Shown: positions 41,814 to 52,918 of the stretch, piece by piece | Layout: each line of letters starts with the position of its first letter | Numbering within the stretch: position 1 is the first letter of the stretch | Assembly (NCBI GenBank): GCA_040757295.1 | Contig: JBFLXH010000002.1 | Location: 49,579-113,578 of the forward strand | DNA length: 64,000 bases | Origin: Bacillota bacterium | GTDB lineage: Bacteria; Bacillota; PH28-bin88 | Direction of reading: 5' to 3' | Notes under the pieces: model-generated | Seen by the model: only the letters and a program-made list of their open reading frames with translations | Database searches by the model: none | What the model was told of the DNA's origin: nothing | Position numbers and translations under genes: made by a program

Positions 41814-43316
41814 TTGAATGCATTATTTGCCGCATTAGTAAATTTATTGGAACCGGCTAACCTTGCTGTTTTGGTGGGTGGCGTTTTCCTGGGGCTGTTG
41901 AGCGGCGCCACTCCCGGGATAAGCGGAACTATGATGGTTGTTCTATTGATCCCGATTACCTACTCATTACCCGCCGATACCTCTTTTCTATTGCTGGCGG
42001 CTGTATATTGTGCTTCAGTATTTTCGGGCTCAATCAGCGCCATTTTGTTCCGTACCCCAGGGGCCCCTGAAGCAGTGGCTACAACACTTGATGGCTATGA
42101 GATGACCAAAAAAGGTAAGGCAGCTGAGGCCTTAGGGGTCTCGATTTTTAGTTCGGCGACCGGAGGCCTGATTGGCACAATCATCCTGATCACCGTAGCT
42201 CCCCGCTTGGCCAAGGTTGCTTTAAAATTCGGCCCCACCGAGTATTTTGCTTTGGCGATGGTAGGTTTAAGTGTTATTACAGTTTTAGGCGCCAGCAACA
42301 TGGTCAAGGCAGTAATTTCCGGCTTGTTCGGTTTGTTCCTGGCTACAATCGGGATTGACCCGACGGCAGGAGTTCCCCGCTTTACCTTTGGGATTGGGGC
42401 CCTGATGAGTGGTATGGAACTTGTTTCCGTCTTAATCGGTTTGTTCGCTATTTCGGAAGTGTTAAGGCGAGTCTTAGAGGACAATACAGTAAAACAGCAG
42501 GTAGGTAAAATTACCTCAACCTTACCAAATCTGCCTATGATCAAAAGGCTTTCTGGTACTATTTTCCGCTCGTCCTTAATTGGCACCTTTATTGGCATTT
42601 TGCCGGGGATCGGCGCCACCACCGCTGCAATGGTAGGATACAGCGAGGCTGTCAGGTGGTCCAAGCATCCAGAGAAATTTGGCACCGGTGTGGAGGAAGG
42701 CGTGGCAGCGCCCGAATCATCCAACAACGCTGCTGCTAATGGGGCTATGGTCCCGTTGTTGGCCCTTGGGATTCCAGGCAGCGCTACTACTGCTGTTCTG
42801 TTAGGAGCATTTATTCTCCACGGCATCCAGCCGGGACCCTTGCTGTTTTTTCAGCAGCCTTTGCTTGTCAATACCCTGTTTTTGGGGCTGTTTATTTCAA
42901 ACTTCTTAATTCTGTTTATGGCTAAGCCTTTCATCAAAGGGTTTGCCAATATCATCCGCATTCCCTACTCTATTCTTGGCCCCTTAATCTTAATGCTGTG
43001 CATCCTTGGCACTTTTGCCATTCGCAACAATATTATGGACGTTTGGTTCGCCCTCCTGTTCGGTGTAATCGGTTATGTTTTGGAGAAGTACCATTTCCCT
43101 TTGGCGCCGATTATCCTGGGGCTGGTGTTGGGTGGAATGGCTGAACAGGAACTGCGCCGTGCCTTAATCATGTCGGGCGGGAAATGGGGCGTCTTTTTGC
43201 AGAGCCCGATTGCCCTTTCATTATTAATTGCCGGAGCTGTTTTAATGTTCTGGCCGGTAGTGGCAAAACTGGTTAAAGGCCAAAAGCAAAAGGGCACGGA
43301 CCTGCCCGCGCAGTAA
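41814..43316 (+). CDS. tctA: TTT large membrane subunit
   Basis: GATPGISG, TPGAP, DGY.M..KG, GILPGIG, APESSNNA, LGIPGS. Confidence 0.93.
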   Translation: MNALFAALVNLLEPANLAVLVGGVFLGLLSGATPGISGTMMVVLLIPITYSLPADTSFLLLAAVYCASVFSGSISAILFRTPGAPEAVATTLDGYEMTKKGKAAEALGVSIFSSATGGLIGTIILITVAPRLAKVALKFGPTEYFALAMVGLSVITVLGASNMVKAVISGLFGLFLATIGIDPTAGVPRFTFGIGALMSGMELVSVLIGLFAISEVLRRVLEDNTVKQQVGKITSTLPNLPMIKRLSGTIFRSSLIGTFIGILPGIGATTAAMVGYSEAVRWSKHPEKFGTGVEEGVAAPESSNNAAANGAMVPLLALGIPGSATTAVLLGAFILHGIQPGPLLFFQQPLLVNTLFLGLFISNFLILFMAKPFIKGFANIIRIPYSILGPLILMLCILGTFAIRNNIMDVWFALLFGVIGYVLEKYHFPLAPIILGLVLGGMAEQELRRALIMSGGKWGVFLQSPIALSLLIAGAVLMFWPVVAKLVKGQKQKGTDLPAQ

Positions 43317-43317
43317 A

Positions 43318-43366
43318 GCTTTTTTGGCCTCCTGGCGACTCAGGAGGCCAAAAAGCCTGCTTTTTG
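43318..43366. terminator. Strong terminator after tctA
   Basis: GCTTTTTTGGCCTCCTG-GCGACT-CAGGAGGCCAAAAAGC stem, T-tract downstream. Confidence 0.75.
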
Positions 43367-43409
43367 ATTGGACTTCTAAAAAAGGCCCTTTTATTTTGGA
43401 AAACATGCC

Positions 43410-44489
<1,080 letters not shown>

Positions 44490-44589
44490 TATTGGGATAA
44501 CAAGTAGTTTTTGAAAAAATAGTTTACATTTTTTTTGCAAGCCAGGTTAGCCTGGCTTATTTTTAGCAGCAAGCCGAGGGGGTGATTTT

Positions 44590-45633
44590 TTGATAGACTT
44601 AAGGAGCGACACAGTGACCCAGCCGACAGAGAAAATGCGGGCAGCCATGTATACGGCGGTTGTCGGCGATGACATTTTGGGCGAAGACCCTACTGTCAAA
44701 AAATTAGAGGAGCTGGCGGCCCAAATTTTCGGCAAGGAAGCCGGCTTATTCGTTACCTCAGGCACCATGGCCAATCAAATAGCGGTTATGGTCTATAGCC
44801 GGATTGGCGATGAAGTGATTGTGGGCAAAGATACCCATATCTTTAATCTCGAGGTAGGCGGGCTGTCAGCCTTAAGCGGTGTTCAACCTCGGCCTATCGA
44901 AGTGGTCAACGGCTATTATGACCCTGCCGTTGTGCAGGCGAATGTCCGTCCCCAAGGTGTGCAGTCTCCAGACACCTGCCTCATCTGTATTGAGAATACA
45001 TATAACCTGAACAAAGGGCTGCCAGTAACTTTGGAAAACATTGAAGAAGTATGCGCTGTGGGAAGAGAATACCATATCCCGGTATACATGGACGGGGCCA
45101 GGATTTTTAATGCCGCCGCAGCTTTAGGCATCGGTGTGCAGGAGTTGACCGGACCCGTCGATTCTTTACAGGTTTGCCTGACCAAAGGATTGGCGGCGCC
45201 CTTTGGCTCAGTCTTGGTTGGTTCCGCCGAGTTTATCCATAAAGCCAGGAAGATGAAGCAAAGAATTGGCGGGGGAATGCGCCAAGCCGGGATTATGGCT
45301 GCAGCAGGCATTGTAGCCTTGGAGGAAATGGTGCACAGATTGCCCGAAGACCATCATCGTGCCAAAACCTTGGCAAAAATGCTCCTAGAGGTAGATCAGG
45401 ACTTGTTAAACATTAAAGATGTTCAGACAAACATTATTGCTATCGACATAGCCCACTGGGGTGTAGATGGAGATATCTTTGTCAAGGAACTGCTGGCCCG
45501 AGGCATTAAGATTAAAAAGATCGGCAGGACGGCTTTCAGGCTGGTTACCCACTGCCAAATAAGAGAAGAAGACTTGCCAGTGGTAGCTCAGGCAGTGGCT
45601 GAAGTTCAAGAACAATTCCGGAAGACAAGTTGA
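44590..45633 (+). CDS. ltaE: Low-specificity L-threonine aldolase (PLP)
   Basis: DLRSDTVTQP, SGTMANQ, ENT.N, MDGARIFNA, CLTKGL, GGGMRQAG. Confidence 0.92.
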   Translation: MIDLRSDTVTQPTEKMRAAMYTAVVGDDILGEDPTVKKLEELAAQIFGKEAGLFVTSGTMANQIAVMVYSRIGDEVIVGKDTHIFNLEVGGLSALSGVQPRPIEVVNGYYDPAVVQANVRPQGVQSPDTCLICIENTYNLNKGLPVTLENIEEVCAVGREYHIPVYMDGARIFNAAAALGIGVQELTGPVDSLQVCLTKGLAAPFGSVLVGSAEFIHKARKMKQRIGGGMRQAGIMAAAGIVALEEMVHRLPEDHHRAKTLAKMLLEVDQDLLNIKDVQTNIIAIDIAHWGVDGDIFVKELLARGIKIKKIGRTAFRLVTHCQIREEDLPVVAQAVAEVQEQFRKTS

Positions 45634-45712
45634 CGGTTTTAGGAATATTTGCGGCAGCAAAAACTGTGCAGCAGTAAGGGAGAATAGAATTACGGGCAAG
45701 GAGGTCATTAAA

Positions 45713-46873
45713 TTGAAGGATAATCGCTGTCTATTATTAACAGGCCCTGTTTATCTTCCTGACCGGGTGCGGGATGCCATGAGCAAGCAAATGATCGAAC
45801 GCCGGGGGCCGGACGTTAAAGCCCTGATGGAAGAAATCATTTATGGGCTCAAAGCTGTTTTTAAAACCTCCCATGATGTCTTGTTATTTCCGGCTTCGGG
45901 GACAGGCGGTTTGGAACTGGCCTTAATTAATACCTTATCACCTGGGGATACGGTATTGTCCTTAAGTTGCGGGGTATTTGGCGACAGGTTTGCAGATATT
46001 GCCAGGACTCATAAATTAAATGTTATTAAAACTGATTTTGCCTGGGGTGAGGGAGTATCCATTGAAAAGGTTAAAGAAATCCTCCGCCAGGATAGCAGGA
46101 AGGAAATAAAGGCTCTCTTGATTACCCATAATGAAACCTCGACTGGTGTGGCCAATAATCTGGCAGATCTGGGTCTTTTAGCCCAGGAACATGGGGCCTT
46201 GGCCCTGGTAGATGCGATTAGTTCCTTGGCTGGGATAGATTTAAGAACAGATGAGTGGGGGTTAGATATCGTTGTTTCTGCCTCCCAAAAAGCTTTAATG
46301 GCAGCCCCGGGAATTGTGATGGTCAGTGTCAGCCCTAAAGCCTGGACTGCCATTGAAAAATCCCAGTTCACCAAGTATTACTGGGACTTGCGCTGGATTA
46401 AAGATTTTTATGGGGAGAAGAAGCTTGCTCCTTATACAGCGCCGACTAGCGCTATGTATGGTTTAAAGGAAGCTCTGACCATGATCTTTGAAGAAGGGTT
46501 GGAACAGGTATTAGAACGCCACCGAGTAATTGCCAAGGCTTTAAGAGCAGGGATCAGAGCAATGGGTCTTGAATTATATGTGCCCGATGAATGGGCTTCG
46601 GCAACTGTAACAACTGTAAAATATCCTCCGGGTATCGACGGTGCGGCATGGCGGCAAACCCTACGCAACAAGTACTGGGTTTCTGTTGCGGGCGGGCTGG
46701 GTAAGATAGAAGCCGCTACTTTCCGGGTTGGCCATATGGGTTATATCGGCCGGGCGCAGATAATTGCGGGTCTTTCGGGGATGGAGTTGGCTTTGAAAGA
46801 TTTCAACTTCCCGGTAGAACTAGGTGCTAGCCTGGTAGCAGCACAGCGGGCATTTGCAGAGGCTGGACTATAG
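45713..46873 (+). CDS. Class V aminotransferase (serine/alanine:glyoxylate or serine:pyruvate type)
   Basis: SGTGGLE, HNETSTGV, DAISSL, SQKAL, FRVGHMG. Confidence 0.9.
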   Translation: MKDNRCLLLTGPVYLPDRVRDAMSKQMIERRGPDVKALMEEIIYGLKAVFKTSHDVLLFPASGTGGLELALINTLSPGDTVLSLSCGVFGDRFADIARTHKLNVIKTDFAWGEGVSIEKVKEILRQDSRKEIKALLITHNETSTGVANNLADLGLLAQEHGALALVDAISSLAGIDLRTDEWGLDIVVSASQKALMAAPGIVMVSVSPKAWTAIEKSQFTKYYWDLRWIKDFYGEKKLAPYTAPTSAMYGLKEALTMIFEEGLEQVLERHRVIAKALRAGIRAMGLELYVPDEWASATVTTVKYPPGIDGAAWRQTLRNKYWVSVAGGLGKIEAATFRVGHMGYIGRAQIIAGLSGMELALKDFNFPVELGASLVAAQRAFAEAGL

Positions 46874-46887
46874 GAGGGGATAGGGGA

Positions 46888-48306
46888 GTGAGTGGGGTGG
46901 ATAATTTAGTCGGTAAAATGATGGAAATTGCCGGTCCGGAAAATGTCTTAACAAGGGAATTGGACAAGTATACCTATTCTTATGACAGTTCTTTTCACTC
47001 CAGCCTGGTGCAATTACTGCCTGAGATTGTTGTAAAGGTGAAGAGCACTGCCGTAGTCTCCAGCATTATGAAGTATGCCTTTGCGAATGAAATACCGGTA
47101 ACACCAAGGGGAGCAGGCAGCGGCCAAACAGGTGGCAGCGTGCCGGCTAGTAAAGGGATCCTATTGGACCTCTCCTGCTGGGACACCATTGAGGAGATAG
47201 ACGCTAAAAACATGCAGGTAGTTGTGAGGCCCGGAGTAGTCCATGCCAATCTTAACCAGGCTTTAGCTCCCTATAACCTGTTCTTCCCTCCAGACCCCGG
47301 CAGCACCAAGATGGCTACCATCGGGGGGATGGTTTCTAATAACAGCAGCGGTTTGCGAGCCGTTAAGTACGGGAATACGGGTCAGTATGTACTTGGTTTG
47401 GAAGTAGTACTGCCGGACGGAGAGGTCATTATTACCGGTGGATTGACCTCTAAGGCCTTAAAGAGTGTTTCAGGCATCGATTTGACTAAGCTTTTTGTAG
47501 GGGCGGAGGGGACTTGTGGAATTATCACCAGAGTCCGGCTGAAGGTCTTGCCCAAGCCCGCTGCTAGGGGCCTTTTAACGGCCCTTTTTGATAAGCTGGA
47601 GGACAGTGGGGAAACCGTTTTAGAGGTTTTTAAGGCCGGCATCCTGCCTTCGGGCATCGAGATTCTGGATGACGCCGCCATCAAAGCGGCAAATCTTTAC
47701 AAGCCAGGTTTAAATATCCCTGCCGCCGAGGCAATGCTCTTGTTTGAAATTGACGGCAACCAGCCAAGTGTAGAGCATGAAGGTATGCTCTTGCAGGAAA
47801 TCGTCAAGAAAAGGGCCAAAAACGTAGAATGGGCTACGGAAAAGGCCCGGATGGCCAAGTTATGGGAGGCTAGGGGTGTAATCGGCTCTGCCTCTGCGCG
47901 GGTTAAAGAGGGGGCAACCCGCATCTTTGCCGGGGAAGACATCACCATCCCCTTGGAAAATGTCCCTAAGGCCTTAAGACGCATTAAAGAAATTGCCCAG
48001 AAATATAGCATCATAGTGGTGATTTACGGACATGTTGGCGATGGCAACATGCATACTGCGCCCATCATTGATCCTACCGATGCCAACGAAGTACAGAAGA
48101 CTTTGCAGCTTGCCGATGAGATTCACCGCCTGGCGATTGAACTAGGGGGCTCAACCACTGGAGAACATGGGGTGGGTATTGTCAGAAGGCCTTACATGCG
48201 GGAAGAGCACGGCAATGCCTTGGATGTAATGTTCAGGTTAAAGAAAACTCTTGATTCGAAGGGAATAATGAACCCAGGTAAAATCTGGCCTTTGGAAGGA
48301 GAGTAA
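46888..48306 (+). CDS. glcD: FAD-linked 2-hydroxyacid oxidoreductase (GlcD/D-lactate dehydrogenase-like)
   Basis: PRGAGSG..GG, FFPPDP, TIGG, GAEGTCG, GHVGDGNMH, TGEHGVG, MNPGK. Confidence 0.85.
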   Translation: MSGVDNLVGKMMEIAGPENVLTRELDKYTYSYDSSFHSSLVQLLPEIVVKVKSTAVVSSIMKYAFANEIPVTPRGAGSGQTGGSVPASKGILLDLSCWDTIEEIDAKNMQVVVRPGVVHANLNQALAPYNLFFPPDPGSTKMATIGGMVSNNSSGLRAVKYGNTGQYVLGLEVVLPDGEVIITGGLTSKALKSVSGIDLTKLFVGAEGTCGIITRVRLKVLPKPAARGLLTALFDKLEDSGETVLEVFKAGILPSGIEILDDAAIKAANLYKPGLNIPAAEAMLLFEIDGNQPSVEHEGMLLQEIVKKRAKNVEWATEKARMAKLWEARGVIGSASARVKEGATRIFAGEDITIPLENVPKALRRIKEIAQKYSIIVVIYGHVGDGNMHTAPIIDPTDANEVQKTLQLADEIHRLAIELGGSTTGEHGVGIVRRPYMREEHGNALDVMFRLKKTLDSKGIMNPGKIWPLEGE

Positions 48307-48310
48307 GACG

Positions 48311-49573
48311 ATGCCGGAACTAAACTTAACCGAAGGCCTTAAAAAATGTGTGCGCTGTGGTCAGTGCCGCTTTGTGTGTCCGATTTTTGAACAAGAGAAG
48401 GATGAGGCATCCTCACCGCGAGGGCGCATTGCCCTGGTTAAGGCCATGCAAGAAGGAAAATATCAGCCTTCCCAGGACATGCTGCAGAAAATGTATAACT
48501 GTCTGCTTTGCAAGACCTGTGTCAGCGAGTGTCCATCCGGAGTCCTTACTGATGAACTGATTCTTAAAAGCCGGGCTTACCTGGACCAGGTCATGGGCAC
48601 ACCATGGTGGAAAAAGACAGTTTTTCAGGGATTTCTAACCCGGCCGGCACTCCTGCATTGCTGTTTTGGGCTGATGCGCCTTTACCAAAAAACCGGTTTG
48701 CAATCATTGTTAACCAAGACCAGGATGATTGAACTTCTACCGGGGGATTTGCCTCAAGCGGAAAAAATAATGCCGGTCGTTTCCGGTATTCCGGCCCGTA
48801 AAATGTTGCCTGACCGGGTTCCTGCAAAGGGCCTCAAAAAGATAAAAGTGGCCTATTTTCTGGGTTGTGCCTCAAATTTGATTTATCCGGAAATACCTTT
48901 GGCCGCTGTGGAGGTCTTAAGCAAGCTTGGGTTTGAGGTAATCATCTCTCAGGAGTTGAAATGCTGTGGTATGCCGGCGTTGGCTTACGGCCAGGAGAGG
49001 GTTACCCGAGACCTTGCTCTCGCAAATATATCTATATTATTGGAGGAAGGAGTGGAGGCAGTGGTGTCAGATTGCGCTACCTGCAGTTCCACCCTTATCG
49101 CTGAATACCCCAGGCTGTTCCCGGAAGACAGCTTGGAATACACAAAAGCCCAAGCTCTATCCCACAAAGCCATGGATCTGACAAAATTCATTGTTGAGAA
49201 GGCCGGGGTTCCAGCAAACCTGAAGGAAGTCAACAGGACAGTAACCTATCATGACCCCTGCCATTTGATCCACTGTCAAAAGGTATCCCGGCAGCCTAGG
49301 GAATTACTGCGGGCCATTCCCGGGGTTAGCTTAAAAGAAGCCGGTAATGCAGCCCAATGCTGTGGTTCGGCGGGGAGCTTCAGTTTAGCTCATTATGACC
49401 TGTCGATGAAAATTTTAAATAAAAAGATTTCCGGTTTGGCAGCCACCGGAGCCGATACCGTAGCCACTTGTTGTCCAACCTGTATGATGCAACTTAATTT
49501 TGGCCTAAAGAAAAACGGAGTGGCTGGGCAAACGCTGCATCCGGTGCAAATTTTGGCCGAAGCCATGGAATAA
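48311..49573 (+). CDS. glcF: Fe-S subunit with CCG domains (GlcF-like)
   Basis: CVRCGQC..CP, CLLCKTC..CP, CCG twice, YHDPCH. Confidence 0.85.
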   Translation: MPELNLTEGLKKCVRCGQCRFVCPIFEQEKDEASSPRGRIALVKAMQEGKYQPSQDMLQKMYNCLLCKTCVSECPSGVLTDELILKSRAYLDQVMGTPWWKKTVFQGFLTRPALLHCCFGLMRLYQKTGLQSLLTKTRMIELLPGDLPQAEKIMPVVSGIPARKMLPDRVPAKGLKKIKVAYFLGCASNLIYPEIPLAAVEVLSKLGFEVIISQELKCCGMPALAYGQERVTRDLALANISILLEEGVEAVVSDCATCSSTLIAEYPRLFPEDSLEYTKAQALSHKAMDLTKFIVEKAGVPANLKEVNRTVTYHDPCHLIHCQKVSRQPRELLRAIPGVSLKEAGNAAQCCGSAGSFSLAHYDLSMKILNKKISGLAATGADTVATCCPTCMMQLNFGLKKNGVAGQTLHPVQILAEAME

Positions 49574-49673
49574 GCCTCCTTAGTTAAGGTGCCTTTGCTT
49601 CAGGCAGGATTTCAGGTTTCAAGGAAAGAATACATCTAGAATTGCACTGTTACTTGTTTGAGGAGGCCTGAGA

Positions 49674-51860
49674 TTGAAGGAATTGTTTGCGAACCTGAAC
49701 CCAGAGCAAGAAGAAGCAGTGAAGCACATTGAAGGGCCCCTACTGGTACTGGCGGGCGCTGGTACCGGGAAAACCAGAGTGCTGACCAGCCGGGTGGCCT
49801 ATCTGCTGTTTGAGGGCGTCCGTCCTTTTCAGATCCTGGCAATTACTTTTACTAATAAGGCTGCCCAGGAAATGAAAGAACGCCTGGCTCTTATGGTGGG
49901 TCCCCTGGCAGAAGATCTATGGGTCAGCACTTTCCACGCTGCCTGTGTGCGCATCCTGCGGCGGGAGATTGGGGTCCTGGGCTACCAACCCAACTTTGTC
50001 ATTTATGATACCTCTGACCAGCAGGTATTGCTGAAAAACTGCTTAAAAGAATTGAGTTTTGATGATAAAAGGTTTCCGCCCAGGGCGGTAGGTCATGCTA
50101 TCAATCAGGCAAAAAACCGGCTTTTAAACCCAGACCAGTTTTCATCCCTTGCCTCAACCTGGTACGAGCAGGAGATAGCCAGGGTTTATCACCTTTATCA
50201 GCACAGATTGCGTGCTTTTAACGCCTGTGACTTCGATGACCTGATCATGAAGACGGTGGAGCTTTTTGAGCGGCACCCCGAGGTGCTTCGCTATTACCAG
50301 GAGAAGTTCAAATATATCTTGGTAGATGAATACCAGGACACCAACCATGCCCAGTACAAATTAGTAAAGCTTCTAAGCCAACGGCATCACAACTTATGCG
50401 TGGTTGGTGACCCTGATCAATCCATTTACCGCTGGCGCGGTGCCGACATCCAAAACATCCTTGATTTTGAAAAGGACTATCCAGAAGCCAAAGTAATCCG
50501 TTTGGAACAAAATTACCGGTCCACCGGCAACATCTTGTCTGCTGCCAATGCAGTTATTGCCTGTAACAGTAACCGTAAGCATAAAAATCTTTGGACGGAC
50601 CAGTCTGCAGGCCATCCTCTTGTCCTCTTTGCCGGAGAGAGTGAATGGGCGGAAGCCCGTTTTGTGGTTGAAGAAATTATGCGTCTTCACCGTGAAGAGG
50701 GACTGGACTACCGGAATTTTGCCCTCCTGTACCGGACTCATGCCCAGTCCCGGGTGTTGGAAGAAATGCTAATGCAAAAAGGCCTGCCGTACCAAATTTT
50801 AGGCGGCTTGCGGTTTTATGAGCGAAAAGAAATCAAGGATCTTTTGGCTTATTTGCGGGTGCTGCAAAACCCGGCTGACAATATCAGTCTGCAACGGGTG
50901 ATCAATGTGCCCCGCCGCGGTATTGGGGAAACAACCTGGTCCCGGTTGGAAACGCTTGCTGCCCAGTACGGCCTTTCTGTAATTGAAGTTTTGGATAACG
51001 CTGAAGTTGGTGGTAGAGCCGCAAAGGCTTTGGCGGCTTTCAAGGAGTTGATCGAGGACCTCTGTGAAGCTCGTTTCCGTTTAACTGTCACAGAACTGGT
51101 GGACAAGGTGCTTTTGGCTACCGGATATTTGCAGGAACTGGAGGCAGAGAATACCCCGGAAGCATGGGCCAGATTAGAGAACCTGCAGGAATTCAAATCA
51201 GTCACTCGCAATTATGACCAAAACAGCGAAGAAAAGACACTGGAGGGTTTCCTGACTCAAGTTTCGTTAGTGGCCGATATTGATACCTATGAGGAAGGCG
51301 ATGCCGTAACTTTAATGACTCTCCACACAGCTAAGGGTTTGGAGTTTCCGGTGGTTTTTCTTGTTGGGATGGAGGAGGGGATTTTCCCCCACAACCAGGC
51401 CTTGCTTGATGAGGTCGAATTGGAAGAAGAACGGCGTTTGTGTTATGTCGGGATGACCCGTGCCCAACAGAAGCTCTATCTTTCTAATGCCAGGGAAAGA
51501 ACTCTGTATGGCAATTTGGTGGCCAATAAGCAGTCCAGATTTATCTATGAGGTGCCGGGAGAACTGCTGTTGGTTGAGGGGAACCGCCTTTCCCTGCAGG
51601 AAGGCCTTGGTCATGGATCCCAGTTTAGTCCCCGTCAAGAGACTTGGCAGGCAAGCAAGTCAAGAAGCCAGGGGGTAAAAACGGCTGGCGAAAAAACTGT
51701 CAGTTTCAACCTGGGAGACAGAGTAGAACACTCCAAGTGGGGTGAGGGGGTAGTAGTAAAGGTGCAGGGGGAAGGCGCAGACGGGAAAATAACTGTAGCC
51801 TTTCCGAACCAGGGGCTCAAAGAACTGATGATTGCTTATGCTCCTTTAAAAAAGATCTAG
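49674..51860 (+). CDS. pcrA: ATP-dependent DNA helicase PcrA/UvrD
   Basis: AGAGTGKT, TFTNKAA, DEYQDTN, QNYRS, HTAKGLEF, EEERRL.YV, C-terminal Tudor-like domain. Confidence 0.97.
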   Translation: MKELFANLNPEQEEAVKHIEGPLLVLAGAGTGKTRVLTSRVAYLLFEGVRPFQILAITFTNKAAQEMKERLALMVGPLAEDLWVSTFHAACVRILRREIGVLGYQPNFVIYDTSDQQVLLKNCLKELSFDDKRFPPRAVGHAINQAKNRLLNPDQFSSLASTWYEQEIARVYHLYQHRLRAFNACDFDDLIMKTVELFERHPEVLRYYQEKFKYILVDEYQDTNHAQYKLVKLLSQRHHNLCVVGDPDQSIYRWRGADIQNILDFEKDYPEAKVIRLEQNYRSTGNILSAANAVIACNSNRKHKNLWTDQSAGHPLVLFAGESEWAEARFVVEEIMRLHREEGLDYRNFALLYRTHAQSRVLEEMLMQKGLPYQILGGLRFYERKEIKDLLAYLRVLQNPADNISLQRVINVPRRGIGETTWSRLETLAAQYGLSVIEVLDNAEVGGRAAKALAAFKELIEDLCEARFRLTVTELVDKVLLATGYLQELEAENTPEAWARLENLQEFKSVTRNYDQNSEEKTLEGFLTQVSLVADIDTYEEGDAVTLMTLHTAKGLEFPVVFLVGMEEGIFPHNQALLDEVELEEERRLCYVGMTRAQQKLYLSNARERTLYGNLVANKQSRFIYEVPGELLLVEGNRLSLQEGLGHGSQFSPRQETWQASKSRSQGVKTAGEKTVSFNLGDRVEHSKWGEGVVVKVQGEGADGKITVAFPNQGLKELMIAYAPLKKI

Positions 51861-52085
51861 AATAACAAAGGTGAATTACTCTACGGGAGAGGCGCGTTTT
51901 TTGTCATTCTGATCCAGAGAGGCCACAAGCCCAGGAAGTTCCCTTTCCTTGCCGGTCACTTCCTCTTTCTCTCATAGGACTAATCCTGGTGATTGCTGCC
52001 TGGTTGTAATTGTTGCTGAATAGAGTGTTGCAGCGGTTAGCTGTCAGAATTTTGGGCCCTTAGGCTAGCCTACAGCGGAGGTGTT

Positions 52086-52916
52086 ATGGAATGGACCATT
52101 GGGAACCATACTACCGATTGGGTGGTGGGAAAAATGAAACGAATCTCAAAGAAGCAACTGGTAAAGGAACTGGAAGAAAGGTTCGGCGGGGAGTTTAGCC
52201 TGGCCGATGAATTGGTAAGACTTGGCTACCGGCTGTTTGCAAAACCTTTCCCCCACAAAGAACTGTTTGGTGATGTTTTACTGGCATGTGCCGTTAAGGC
52301 CCATAAATCACTGGAAAGTCTTACCATATTGGCTAAACGGGGCTTTGGCGAGGATGCCAGTGTAATTACCCGGACAATAATAGAATTGGCCATTAACATT
52401 CTATACATTGCTCAGGACCCGCGCCCCCGTACTCAAAGGTATGTTGACTGGGAGCCGATTCGTAAGGAATGGTTATGGCGGCAAATGGAGGCGTACCACC
52501 CCCAGGTGAGCAAAAAATATTTTGCTGAAAGAAAACGGGTGCTTGATCTTTACCGGAAAGTGGCCAAAAACTTCCGGGAAGATAAAAAGAAGGGCAACTG
52601 GTCTGGTATCACCTTAGCCGAAATGGCGGCAGAAGTGCAAATGTCTTGGCATGTTCATGTGCTCTATGCCCATCTGTCTAACCTTTCCCATAGCAATGTG
52701 GTAGGGGTTAAGCCTTATATAAAAGAAGCCTCCGGCGGGCGGCTTGCGGTATTGGTTGGTCCTTCTCCCGACTGGGTAGGGGAGGCCATTCCTGCCGCCC
52801 TGGAGGCCGTATTGAGGGTCTTTGGTCTGGTAAACGAGCTTTGGAACCTAAAGTTAGAACAAGAATTAAACTCCATAGCTGACCGGTATGTAGCCTTAAG
52901 GGAGCACCAGCCCTAA
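52086..52916 (+). CDS. Hypothetical helical protein, DUF5677-like
   Basis: R.IIE..IN..YI and Y..LS..SH pattern recognised by eye; start may be 52134. Confidence 0.55.
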   Translation: MEWTIGNHTTDWVVGKMKRISKKQLVKELEERFGGEFSLADELVRLGYRLFAKPFPHKELFGDVLLACAVKAHKSLESLTILAKRGFGEDASVITRTIIELAINILYIAQDPRPRTQRYVDWEPIRKEWLWRQMEAYHPQVSKKYFAERKRVLDLYRKVAKNFREDKKKGNWSGITLAEMAAEVQMSWHVHVLYAHLSNLSHSNVVGVKPYIKEASGGRLAVLVGPSPDWVGEAIPAALEAVLRVFGLVNELWNLKLEQELNSIADRYVALREHQP

Positions 52917-52918
52917 TC

